From Marinilabiliales bacterium (lineage in GTDB: Bacteria > Bacteroidota > Bacteroidia > Bacteroidales > F082): a DNA stretch of 64,000 bases. Made by a program: the position numbers and the translations under genes. Under the pieces are notes generated by a model. That model did no database searches. It saw only the letters and a program-made list of their open reading frames with translations, and was not told the origin of the DNA. Every line of letters begins with the position of its first letter. The stretch's first letter is position 1. The stretch spans positions 108,366 through 172,365 of the forward strand of contig CAVZLR010000003.1 in assembly GCA_963776205.1 (NCBI GenBank), given 5' to 3'. This document shows positions 40,332 to 50,026 of the stretch, piece after piece.

Positions 40332-43306
40332 TTACCTTGACAAGAATACTTTAGTGAAATGTTTTTTATCCCCAACAACCACACTTAAGATATACATTCC
40401 ATTTTGATGTTCTGTTAGGTTTAATGCAGTTTTAAACGACCCGTTCTGCAATGGTGCTTTTTGGTCATAAATAACTTGTCCGACAATATTTACCAGACTT
40501 ACCTGGGCTTCAGCAGACCCAGGACCATCAAATTCAATATTGAGTATATTGCGGGTTGGGTTCGGGTAAATGTTTAAAGAAATTTCTTTTTCATACCCTT
40601 CAATACCTACACAATCATCCACAAAAATTGAGTCAATAGCTATTGCCTCACAATTATTATCATCCACATAAGTATACGTAATCACATTCCATCCTAAAAC
40701 AGCTTCTTCAGCAGAGAAAATTCCATTAGGGCTTACACCGCTATTTCCACTATACACACCCCCTTCAGGTATTGCTGTCAACTGTACAGGAGGCTGTTGT
40801 TGATTGCATAAATATTCAGGCCATTCACCTAATTCAATTATGGGTATCGGATACACTGTAACTAATATCTCATCATTAGCTACATTTCCCCCATCACCAA
40901 CATGAAGTGTGTAAGTTGTAGTAACTTCAGGATAGACCAAAGGGTTTTGTTCAGTAGACGTAAACCCTGCCGGATTTGAAGTCCATAAGAATGTGTAATT
41001 GCCCGTACCGCCCCCTACTTCAGCATTTAACTGCACAGACCCGCCATAACATACGCTCCCTGGTGTTGCACTTACAACAACTGTTAAAATATTTATCGCA
41101 TTGATGTAATCATTCTTAATTTCAATATCTGATCCTGACTCATTTTCAGCAGTCAATTGAACAGTGTACAAACCAGGTTCTAAAAATTGCACTATCGGAT
41201 TTTGAGAATTTTCATTTGTTCCGTCTGTATATGAGATTGTACCAGGAGCAAATTGCCATTCCCAGGTACTTGGTGTATAATTTGTTAAATCAGTAAAATA
41301 TACCAATTCATCTATAACAGGCATGATGTTATCAGCTTCAAAATCTGCAATAGGTTCTGGTAGTGATGCCAGAATATAATCAGTTTTTGTTTCCGTATCG
41401 CTCCCAGCCGCATTACTAGCTGTAAGTTCAGCAGTATAATAACCGGGTTCATCAAACCTGACTTTTGGATTTTGAGAATTTGCATCGGTGCCTCCCATAT
41501 ATGAAACCGTTCCGGGTATAAAACTCCAAAACCATGTATCAGGACCATTAATTGAAAGGTCAGTGAAATTTACAAATTCAATAGTCGTAGGTTCAGTAAT
41601 ATGGGAAGTAAAATCGGCTTCGGGAATTAACATTTGAACTGCCAGAATATAATCTGTCTTAATTTCCGTATCAAACCTGCATCATCAAAAGTACATGTTA
41701 ATTGAACTGTATAATACCCCGGTACATCAAATGTGACTTCAGGGTTTTGTGAGTTGGCATTTGTTCCATTTACAAAGGTAACAGTACCGGGGGTAAATTG
41801 CCACTCCCACGATTCTGGCGTTCCAGTTGAAAGATCAGTAAAATCAACTGCTTCAATAGTAAATGGATTTGTATTATTTGCAGTAAAATTCGCTATCTGA
41901 ATATTTGGATCAATCTGCGTATAGTATACGTCCTGTTCGCCGTTAAGGGTGTTAGCCCAGGCCAGGTGTGCATATTCATCGTCAGAGTACATATGGAAAT
42001 AATCGCCCATCTTATCTTGTTGTGGCCAACCAACGTGAGGATCAAATGAATCAGACAATCGTTCATTCACGGAAAATGTTTCTCCACCATCTATTGAATA
42101 CGCATAATAAAGGGATGAGTAATATTGTTCCCCTACAGGATGATCCCTTGTATCTAGCCAAACTACGTCAATTCTTCCATTGGGTGCTACTGACATAGTG
42201 CCAAACCATTGCCAGTAACTTGTACTTTGATCATCATTAACCTTTACGGGAGCATCCCATGTAGCACCCCCATCAGCACTTCTGGCAAACATCACATCCA
42301 ACGGATCACCTCCTGCAGGATTTATTGATGCTAACAGATACACATTTCCATGATATTCACTGCCAGAATTATCAGTAGCTACCCAAGCTTGTCCTAAAAG
42401 ACCATCAGGATTAGGACCTGTTCTTGAACTAAGATCTCCTCCTAAATACACATTCTGGGAAAAATCCCATGTAATATCGCTATTAGGATCTTCTGCTGTG
42501 GTTGATTTGGCAATCATTGGTCCGGAGGAGTTCTTACCTGACACATATAAAGCCCCTTCGGCATCAACAGCTAGAGTACCCCAATAAGGTGTTCCGGATA
42601 TTTCTTCACATGGTTCATAAAATGCTCCGCCATCTGTTGACCTGGTAAAAAATCCTGGGTAACAAATAGTAAAAGCCTGGTTCCATGCAGCATAAATATT
42701 TCCATCCCCTGTTCCTCCTGTTCTGTCTACTACCATCCATTGTTTATCACCGCCTCTTGCATCTGTTCCATTATCCCAGGTAACACCACCTTGGTCTATT
42801 ATGTATACATCGCAGTTATATCCTCCAACATTTGTCAGACTATTATAATAAAAATTCCCCTCAGCATCTGAGTCTAACACAGGATCAGAACGAAACACGC
42901 CCGGATCAATTACCCCAGGAAAAGTCCATGTTTCTCCACCATCCATTGTGTAACCATATCCTGCCTGCCGGAAATCACTATTTATATTATCAAACTGCCG
43001 CCAACCAATGGCCATTCGATTCGGATTTGTTGGATCAACAGCTATTGATGGTTCATTGGCAGCATCATTCAATATATTGTTCCCATTTCCATCAACATTT
43101 ACCTGGTTTGTAAAATAGTTAATACCTCTTTCCCTGAATGCCGGAGAAGATGCTTTTAATGTATTTGGCATATAAGGATTATTTAAAACTTCATGATGCC
43201 CAAACCGGCTATTGTCTTCCCTATCCTCATTTTTAAACTGATTTGAATTTTGGGCATGCAACTGAATGGAAGCAACCACAACTATGAATGCTATTATTTT
43301 CTTCAT
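40332..43306 (-). pseudogene. BNR/sialidase-fold propeller + 3 PKD domains + Ig-like region + T9SS C-terminal domain, split by a 1-nt frameshift
   Basis: ORFs 41627..43306 and 40332..41633 join into about 990 aa. The N-terminus carries Asp-boxes (TMDGGETW, STDGGAFY, SADGGATW, SIDGGETF). The PKD repeats read FTDLS...W.W.F.PGTV...NSQNP...F..PG.YT..LT. The frame is lost inside PKD repeat 1 at 41673..41677 (expected ...DDAGFDTEIKTDYILA...). The CTD is LNIYPNPTRNILNIEF...NGMYILSV. Confidence 0.8.
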
Positions 43307-43477
43307 GGATGAATAATTTTTTGACTCGTAAAATTAATTATTTATTTATTGCCTTTTAAAATCATTAAATATCCCGCTATGGCACCAGCTATAATTCATA
43401 TTACAAGATTTAAATCACTATGTACTTGACTTTTAGAATCTTTTATATTACATTTGTATAGCAAACAATATTAGAAC

Positions 43478-43546
43478 AACCCTGTCGGACACACCTTTCA
43501 GTTGGGTTTATAGGTTAATAAGAATTATTTTTCCGGCAGGGTTTTT
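43478..43546 (+). terminator. orphan terminator-like structure (11-bp stem, 44-nt interior, U-tract) in a divergent intergenic region
   Basis: AACCCTGTCGG (43478..43488) pairs fully, with one G-U, to CCGGCAGGGTT (43533..43543), followed by TTT. No plus-strand gene lies upstream. A TACATTTG -7 motif sits at 43449..43456. Confidence 0.4.
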
Positions 43547-43608
43547 ATTTTTGTTACAATGTATATCTTCTGATGTAAAGTAAAAAATCAATTGATCTGA
43601 TTTTGTAA

Positions 43609-44190
43609 ATGAGAAAAGCTACCAAACAAGATAAGCACCTTGTGGTGGATATAATTTCCAAATCATTTAGTGATAGTCCGGGAATTGACTGGATCGTAAA
43701 AAATGGCTCAGCTAATGAAAAAGCCATAAAACGCCTAGCAACCCTCGCTTTTATAAAAGGGTATCGCAGAAAAGGTGTTTTTATTTCTGCAAATGAGAAA
43801 GGCGTTGCTATCTGCTATTGCCCGGACAATGGCAAACCTTCAATATTTGAGTTACTCTATGAGTTTTATTTTGGCATCACTTCAATAAAAATATCACATA
43901 TTCCAACAGTACTAAAAAGTGAAGCTTACAAAAAAAGTAAAAGACCAACATCATCCACGTATTTATATTTTTTATTTTATGCTGTCGTTCAAGATGGAGA
44001 AAATGCAGCCCGCGAACTAAGAGATGCTGTTTTTGAAGAAGCTCAAAAGCTTATGCTTCCTATATACCTTGAGACTGCCGAGGAAAGAAACAAACTTGTT
44101 TATGAACGATATGGTTTTGTAACTTACCATTACCGTAAAGTACCGAAAGAAAATATTGCCTATTGGTTTTTGAAATGGGAACCCAAATAA
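43609..44190 (+). CDS. GNAT-like acetyltransferase
   Basis: 193 aa. The C-terminal region LPIYLETAEERNKLVYERYGFV is typical of GNAT-fold proteins. The N-terminus is weakly conserved. Confidence 0.55.
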   Translation: MRKATKQDKHLVVDIISKSFSDSPGIDWIVKNGSANEKAIKRLATLAFIKGYRRKGVFISANEKGVAICYCPDNGKPSIFELLYEFYFGITSIKISHIPTVLKSEAYKKSKRPTSSTYLYFLFYAVVQDGENAARELRDAVFEEAQKLMLPIYLETAEERNKLVYERYGFVTYHYRKVPKENIAYWFLKWEPK

Positions 44191-44198
44191 TATTGCAT

Positions 44199-44227
44199 AA
44201 AAAAACCAGCACAATGCTGGTTTATTT
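44199..44227. terminator. bidirectional terminator between convergent GNAT and peroxiredoxin genes
   Basis: AAAAAAACCAGC-ACAAT-GCTGGTTTATTT. Confidence 0.6.
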
Positions 44228-44245
44228 AGTAATCATTCTACCGTT

Positions 44246-44974
44246 TTATTTGCTTTTTTTATACCAGAGATACCATTCCAGCGAATATAAATCCGGATTT
44301 TCTTTGGCCGCTAATTTCTCAGCTTCCTCAATCGAGGAAGGACTGGGAATAAGCACGTCGTCATCTGGTTGCCAGTTAGCAGGTGTTAAAACGTTCTTCT
44401 TGGCTGATGTTTGTAAGGCTATCAGAACACGCTTTATTTCTTCCATATTTCTACCAGTTGATGCTGGATAAAAAAACGTAGCACATATTTTATCTTCCTG
44501 GTCGATAATAAATACTCCTCTTACATCTTTTGTTGTACTGTAATTTGGATGCAACATGCCGTATTTCTTAGAAATTTCCAAATCAGGATCAGACACAAGC
44601 GGGAATTCAATGGTAACCGCTTCCCGGTCGTAACGCTGGATGCCCTGAAGCGATCGTACCCATTCAATATGGCTATTTAAACCATCTGTTGACATCACAA
44701 CCAGTTTTGTATCTAGTTTTCTAAAATCATCCTGTATGTCTGCTAATTCCATTATTTCAGTACTACACACGGGTGTAAAATCTGCGGGATGGCTAAACAA
44801 AATTTTCCACTGACCATAATAATCATTAGGAAAGTGAATGGTTCCCTGTGTTGATTGCCCGGTGAATTCTGGAGCACTTTCACCAATTAAAGGAATTCGG
44901 TAGATTTCAGTTTCCTGAGCGTTAATAGTGAATGTTAGCAATAATGATAATGCTAAGAATGTTATTGTCTTCAT
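44246..44974 (-). CDS. 1-Cys peroxiredoxin (Prx6-type) with signal peptide
   Basis: FSHPADFTPVCSTE peroxidatic-Cys motif and WVRSL...FPLVSDPD. The likely start is MKTITFLALSLLLTFTINAQ at 44974. Confidence 0.85.
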   Translation of the reverse strand: MKTITFLALSLLLTFTINAQETEIYRIPLIGESAPEFTGQSTQGTIHFPNDYYGQWKILFSHPADFTPVCSTEIMELADIQDDFRKLDTKLVVMSTDGLNSHIEWVRSLQGIQRYDREAVTIEFPLVSDPDLEISKKYGMLHPNYSTTKDVRGVFIIDQEDKICATFFYPASTGRNMEEIKRVLIALQTSAKKNVLTPANWQPDDDVLIPSPSSIEEAEKLAAKENPDLYSLEWYLWYKKSK

Positions 44975-45188
44975 TGTGTGTTTGTGATTAATTTGTTCAA
45001 AAATGGTCAATAAAACTGTTAAAATCAATCATATTCAGAAATTTAGGATTTATTTAACATATGAATCCTACCATCATTTAATTTTAGAAAATCTAAAAGG
45101 ATTTGAAACTTTTTGAAGCAAAACAGGTATACAACAGCACACCATTTTCCTCTCTAAAGAAATACATTGGTGAGCTGCTTGCTCTGTA

Positions 45189-45231
45189 TAAAAGGGCCAG
45201 AAGGTTTGGAGACCATTCTGTCCCTTTTTTT
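45189..45231. terminator. bidirectional rho-independent terminator downstream of 45327..45809
   Basis: AAAAGGGCCAGAA-(GGTTTGGAGACCA)-TTCTGTCCCTTTTTTT, with one mismatch in the stem. Confidence 0.6.
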
Positions 45232-45326
45232 AATTCCTGGTTTTTTATCGGTAATGCATTAACGGATCAGCTGTGCCAATCCGTTAATTTTCTGAAAACA
45301 AACTAAAATCAACCTTTGATTCCAAT

Positions 45327-45809
45327 CTATTTTACCCGCGCAAATAGCGTATTTAATTCATTTGATATGAATTCGATTGAATGTGTTTTCATATTCATCA
45401 GCTTGAGCGGAATGTCGTCAACATAAGGCTCCTCTTCAAAGGCAAATTGTTCATTCAATGCCTCTTGATATAAACTCTCTACTACCACTTTAAATGTATT
45501 GAATGGAATGTCGTCAATGTAGGATTCTTCTTCGAAATCATAGTTCACTTTCAATGCATTATTATAGATGCAGTTGGCCGCTATGCATTTCGTATCGAAT
45601 GGAATATCATCAATATACATCTCCTCATCAAGTTCAAATGTTTCGGTAACAGCTTTCCTATATAAATATTCCGCAGCAATTTTTTCGGTATCGAAAGGAA
45701 TATCGTTGATGTATGGCTCAGGTTCAAAATTCATTGATGATGCATTCAGGCTAAAACTTAAGGCAACGATCAGGGTTGCAAGGGCTGTAAATTGTAGTTG
45801 TGTTCTCAT
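45327..45809 (-). CDS. small secreted protein built from four repeats of about 32 aa (E.Y[IV][DN]DIP[FL]...), function unknown
   Basis: Signal peptide, then EPYINDIPFDTEKIAAEYLYRKAV / EMYIDDIPFDTKCIAANCIYNNAL / ESYIDDIPFNTFKVVVESLYQEAL / EPYVDDIPLKLMNM. Confidence 0.65.
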   Translation of the reverse strand: MRTQLQFTALATLIVALSFSLNASSMNFEPEPYINDIPFDTEKIAAEYLYRKAVTETFELDEEMYIDDIPFDTKCIAANCIYNNALKVNYDFEEESYIDDIPFNTFKVVVESLYQEALNEQFAFEEEPYVDDIPLKLMNMKTHSIEFISNELNTLFARVK

Positions 45810-46074
45810 TTCTATAGTTTTTTAATTTGTTTCTGAGTGCTAAATTACAGGCATTTAACCCGACAGGAAAGACTTTTTCGGTGAATGGTTTGATTTTGTC
45901 GGCGAACAGCATCAAAGAACATATAGTTGATTTATGTCAATCGTATTTTTAAATTGCTGATTGAACCAAAACGATTATAATTTGTTTTATGAATAAAAAT
46001 TGATGTAGTTGTAAGAAATAGATAACCATTACGTCAATACAAGTATTAATTAACAAGATAAACACGTATTTAAA

Positions 46075-46665
46075 ATGAAAAGTATAAAATCGATATTAAC
46101 ATTGGCGATCTTCATGGCAACAACAGGATTGATTGCGCAAAATATAAATGTAGACACAAAAGCTTCAACCATAAAATGGCATGGCGAAAAGGTAACCGGA
46201 GAACATTTCGGAACCATTGATCTAAAAGATGGTTGGATAAGCTGGAACAATGATAAATTGACAGCTGGTGAATTTATTATTGACATGAACAGTATTAAAA
46301 ATACAGACCTTGAAGATGCCGGGTATAATGCCAAACTGGTAGGCCATCTAAAATCTGATGACTTTTTTGGCGTTGATAAATTCCCGACTGCCAAACTCGA
46401 AATTAAAAGCAGCGAGAAATTCAGCAGTAACAAAGCGAAAGTAAAAGCTCATTTAACCATTAAGGATATTACTCATCCAGTTGAATTTGAAGCACAAAAA
46501 GATGGTAACTGGTTTATGGCAGAGATTATAGTTGACAGATCGAAATATGATGTTCGCTATGGATCAGGATCATTCTTTAATGATTTAGGTGATAAAATGA
46601 TCTATGATGATTTTACCATGACAGTAAAGATCGCAACCATGGATGAAACCCCTTCAGCTTTATAG
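46075..46665 (+). CDS. YceI-family (polyisoprenoid-binding) periplasmic protein
   Basis: Signal peptide, STIKWHGEKVTGEHFGTI and GHLKSDDFFGVDKFPTAKL. Confidence 0.8.
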   Translation: MKSIKSILTLAIFMATTGLIAQNINVDTKASTIKWHGEKVTGEHFGTIDLKDGWISWNNDKLTAGEFIIDMNSIKNTDLEDAGYNAKLVGHLKSDDFFGVDKFPTAKLEIKSSEKFSSNKAKVKAHLTIKDITHPVEFEAQKDGNWFMAEIIVDRSKYDVRYGSGSFFNDLGDKMIYDDFTMTVKIATMDETPSAL

Positions 46666-46688
46666 CTGAATTAATTATACATTTTCCA

Positions 46689-46722
46689 AACCGGTCTTGA
46701 AGTTCAGGGCCGGTTATTTAAT
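46689..46722. terminator. hairpin between convergent genes (10-bp stem AACCGGTCTT/AGGGCCGGTT)
   Basis: Two G-U pairs and a 7-nt loop, flanked by A/T-rich runs. It overlaps the stop codon of the minus-strand gene by 2 nt. Confidence 0.45.
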
Positions 46723-47394
46723 TTCTGTTAATAAAAGAATATCCCTTGGCCTCAGTACTCTTTTATCGTAGGGCTTCAACATCGAATTGATCATGGCCAA
46801 ACCGATTTGTGTTGTACTCACAACTGAATTAGGTGACACTGCCTTAACAAATCTTACCATCCACATAAAGTAATCATACATAAACTGGTAGCTTTTTGTT
46901 CGTGATTTTATTCCTTTTAAGGGAATTATCATCCCAGGTCTAAAAGCGAAGGCCTTTTTAAAACCAAGATTTAAAATATCATTTTCGGTTTTTCCTTTTA
47001 CCCTCGCCCACATCATTCTGCCTTTTTCCGATGAATCAGTGCCTTCACCTGAAACATAGTTAAAAGTCATAGATGGATTGAGTTCAAAAAGCGTATTAGC
47101 CAGTTCCAACGTATAATCATGGGTAATTTTCTTGTATTGATTTTCGCTTAATCCAGCTGCACTGATCCCCAAACAATAAAAACAGCCATCATAACCTGCC
47201 AATTGTTCTTTGACGGATGTAAATTCTAAAAAATCCTTATGGATCAGTTGTTTTAGTTTTGGATGTTCAACATCTACTTCATTTCTGCCTATAACCAATA
47301 CTTCACTTATTGATTCATGATCGAGGCATTCCAATAAAACACCTTTTCCGACCATTCCGGTTGCTCCGGTAATAATCACTTTTTTCACGTTCAA
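46714..47394 (-). CDS. NAD(P)H-binding atypical SDR/epimerase-like protein
   Basis: N-terminal Rossmann motif KKVIITGATGMVGKGVL. 226 aa. Confidence 0.75.
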   Translation of the reverse strand: MNVKKVIITGATGMVGKGVLLECLDHESISEVLVIGRNEVDVEHPKLKQLIHKDFLEFTSVKEQLAGYDGCFYCLGISAAGLSENQYKKITHDYTLELANTLFELNPSMTFNYVSGEGTDSSEKGRMMWARVKGKTENDILNLGFKKAFAFRPGMIIPLKGIKSRTKSYQFMYDYFMWMVRFVKAVSPNSVVSTTQIGLAMINSMLKPYDKRVLRPRDILLLTEIK

Positions 47395-47416
47395 TTAATT
47401 TTAATAACCCTTATAT

Positions 47417-48199
47417 CTATACTTCTTGCATTTGACGAATTTGTTTAAGTAACAGTTTTTTTGGCATAATTGGGAGCACGCCCATCATCATTTTCTGAGA
47501 AAAGGTTAAACCTGAAATCACATCTAACTTACCTTCCAGCATTCCATTATAACCATCTTCAGCAACACTGCGCGCAGTAGCCGCCTTGTTGAACATAGAA
47601 GTTTTGTCCATACCTGAAACTTTTGCGAATTCTGTTTCAGTGGCACCAGGCATCAGGTTAGTAACTGTTATATTCGTATCATGTAACTCTTCTGCAATAG
47701 CATTACTGAAGAAAGTTACATAGGCCTTTGTTGCATAGTAAACTGCCTGCAGTGGTCCGGGCATTAAACTTGCAGTTGAAGAAACGTTCAGAATTTTGCC
47801 TTTGTCTCTGGCAACAAAATCTGGCAGGAATAAACGTGTCATGGCTGTTAATGCAATTACGTTCAGGTTAATCATGGCGAGGTCCTGTCCCCAGTCCCTT
47901 TCATAAAATTTACCGCGTCCACCAAAACCTGCATTATTAATCAGGTAGTCTATCTCAATTCCCGTTTTTTTTATTTCGTTATATATCTCAATGGGTGCTG
48001 ATAATTGACTCAGGTCTTTTTCAATAACCTGTACTTTAACGGAATATTTCGTTTCCAGTTCAGATTTTAAAGCCTCCAGTTTATCTTTTCTTCGCGCAAC
48101 AACTACCATGTCTCCACCTCTTTCTGCATGAATGTGTGCAAATTCTTTACCAATGCCGATTGAGGCTCCTGTTATTAAAGCTACTTTTTTTATTTTCAT
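47417..48199 (-). CDS. SDR family oxidoreductase
   Basis: ALITGASIGIGKEFA, NNAGFG, and catalytic YYATK. Confidence 0.85.
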   Translation of the reverse strand: MKIKKVALITGASIGIGKEFAHIHAERGGDMVVVARRKDKLEALKSELETKYSVKVQVIEKDLSQLSAPIEIYNEIKKTGIEIDYLINNAGFGGRGKFYERDWGQDLAMINLNVIALTAMTRLFLPDFVARDKGKILNVSSTASLMPGPLQAVYYATKAYVTFFSNAIAEELHDTNITVTNLMPGATETEFAKVSGMDKTSMFNKAATARSVAEDGYNGMLEGKLDVISGLTFSQKMMMGVLPIMPKKLLLKQIRQMQEV

Positions 48200-48248
48200 T
48201 TTACATTAGAATTACGTGAGTACTTACTCGCTTTTTTATATAAAAATT

Positions 48249-48770
48249 TTATAAATTATACTTTTTCAGAATAAATTGAATCATTTTTCCTGCATCAAGC
48301 TTTGAACCTTTTAAGATAGCTGTGGCGAGTCCTTCATTAAGAAGTAAAAGCATCTGGGCTTCCTGCTCAGGTGATTCATAATTTAACTTATTGAATGCAT
48401 TGATTAATGCCATTCTTAATGGCTCCATTTTTTTATCCCCAATTATTTCCAACTCCCATTTTAGCTTGAACTGCAATTTCCAAAAATCAAAATCAGCTTT
48501 ATCAATATTTGCAGTCATTTCAATTGTTTTACGAATTACTTCTTTTGGATCAGCATCCATAACAATATCAACAAATATGTTCTTTAACTTATTCTCCCCC
48601 TCTTGTAAAATAGCTTGTAATAAGCCTTCTTTATTGCCAAAATGACGAAAAATCAGTCCTTCGCTCACTCTAGCATGTTTTGCAACTTTACTTGTAGAGG
48701 TAGCGTTATATCCTTCTTTTGAAAAAAGCTCAAGGGCCGAGCTGATTATCTTTTGTTGTTTCTCTGTCAT
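48249..48770 (-). CDS. TetR/AcrR family transcriptional regulator
   Basis: HTH region ALELFSKEGYNATSTSKVAKHARVSEGLIFRHFGNKEGLL. The likely start is MTEKQQK at 48770. Confidence 0.85.
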   Translation of the reverse strand: MTEKQQKIISSALELFSKEGYNATSTSKVAKHARVSEGLIFRHFGNKEGLLQAILQEGENKLKNIFVDIVMDADPKEVIRKTIEMTANIDKADFDFWKLQFKLKWELEIIGDKKMEPLRMALINAFNKLNYESPEQEAQMLLLLNEGLATAILKGSKLDAGKMIQFILKKYNL

Positions 48771-48901
48771 GATTATACAGTGAGTAATCACTTGCAAAGA
48801 TACAACTGTTTTTTAATTTATCAAGTCGGTTGTTAAATTTTTGATTTGGCCGACTATTTAAAACCATGATTATTCCATCATCAAACCAACTAAATAACTA
48901 A

Positions 48902-49125
48902 TCAATTATTGATATTTTTTTTTAGCCGGCTATTTAATCCCGGAGGCAACCAACCTGTTCAGTGAACTACCCTGAAATATCCTTTCTTCATTGTAGAGCA
49001 CAACTTCTCCTTTTTGATAAAAGCCGGTGGCAATTTTTATTCCCAGACTATCCCTTTTTAAAGCTTATTTTGAAAAAACAATTTACTGCGCAAGCATTTA
49101 CCTATCAAAAAAAACCTGAATGCAC
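48902..49125 (-). pseudogene. decayed 3' relic of a GT39/ArnT-like glycosyltransferase paralog
   Basis: Minus-strand translation gives ...DSLGIKIATGFYQKGEVVLYNEE... and, after a frame change, WLPPGLNSRLKKNINN*. The C-terminus of the intact gene 51215..52957 reads DSLNSAIAVAIFQKGDVILYKEIE ... GWLPPGLNSRIQKVNIK*. The DNA shares CCCGG(G)AGGCAACCAACC. Confidence 0.7.
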
Positions 49126-49133
49126 TATTTTTG
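49126..49133 (+). promoter_or_regulatory. -7 promoter element (TATTTTTG)
   Basis: Matches TAnnTTTG and lies 30 nt upstream of the ATG at 49163. Confidence 0.4.
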
Positions 49134-49162
49134 AAGAATTAAAATATTCATTTAGCTAGCGA

Positions 49163-50026
49163 ATGAAGCATTTAATTATTTCCTTTTCAATAATCTTGTT
49201 GTCTACTTCCCTGTTAGGCCAGGATACGATAACTAAAAATGAGATCCGGAAACAAGAAAAGAATTTTCTAAAACCAGGTAGACCCTGGACTATTGAAGTT
49301 CCGTTATGGATACCTGGCTTTTCTGGAAGTTTTGCATATGGAGATATAAATATAGAAGGAGAAGATGGTCAAGAAATTGAAAATCCAATTGAACCTCCGC
49401 CAAGGCCAGGATTTGGTGATATCTTTTCAAGAATTTTTAGCACGAATTGGTATCTCAAGTTTTTTTTCTTAACGAAACTGGCTTATGAAAAAAACAGGTT
49501 AATTTTTCAGCTGGACGGGTTAACAGGATCAGTTGGCGAGTCAACAGAGTTTAATTACAATCAGAAAGAAGTTGTTCAGGTAAATTTCAGGACCACTAAT
49601 GTACGTTTATTCGGTGGGTACAAAATTATAGATGTAAATGGCAAGAAAGGGAAATTCAGGTATGAGTTATTTGGCTACCTGGGTGTAAGGGCGCATTTTC
49701 ACAAGATTAATTCAGACCTTGATGGTGTGATCAATAAACTAGATATTAATCCTGTATGGGTTGAACCAATTATTGGTATACAAAATCAATTTACCTGGAA
49801 AAGATGGTTTTTAGTTGTGCAAGGTGATTATGGTGGATATTTTATTGATTCAAAATACTCTTTTCAACTTTCCAGTTATATATATTACAGAAGTGGTAAA
49901 ATTACTTCTCTAAAATTTGGCTGGAACCACCTGGATTTAAATCATCGTGGCACATTTATAAATGAAAACTATAAGGTGAATGGAACGCTGTCTGGCCCAA
50001 ACGCAGGAATAGCATTTCACTTCTAG
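49163..50026 (+). CDS. putative outer-membrane beta-barrel protein, function unknown
   Basis: Has a signal peptide, alternating hydrophobic strands, and a C-terminus GIAFHF typical of OMPs. Confidence 0.45.
   Translation: MKHLIISFSIILLSTSLLGQDTITKNEIRKQEKNFLKPGRPWTIEVPLWIPGFSGSFAYGDINIEGEDGQEIENPIEPPPRPGFGDIFSRIFSTNWYLKFFFLTKLAYEKNRLIFQLDGLTGSVGESTEFNYNQKEVVQVNFRTTNVRLFGGYKIIDVNGKKGKFRYELFGYLGVRAHFHKINSDLDGVINKLDINPVWVEPIIGIQNQFTWKRWFLVVQGDYGGYFIDSKYSFQLSSYIYYRSGKITSLKFGWNHLDLNHRGTFINENYKVNGTLSGPNAGIAFHF

Noticed and set aside
48962-49159. A 65-aa plus-strand ORF in the region upstream of 49163.
   Set aside because: It has no start context or motif. The opposite strand shows clear homology to the GT39-like C-terminus, so this ORF is a shadow of the relic.
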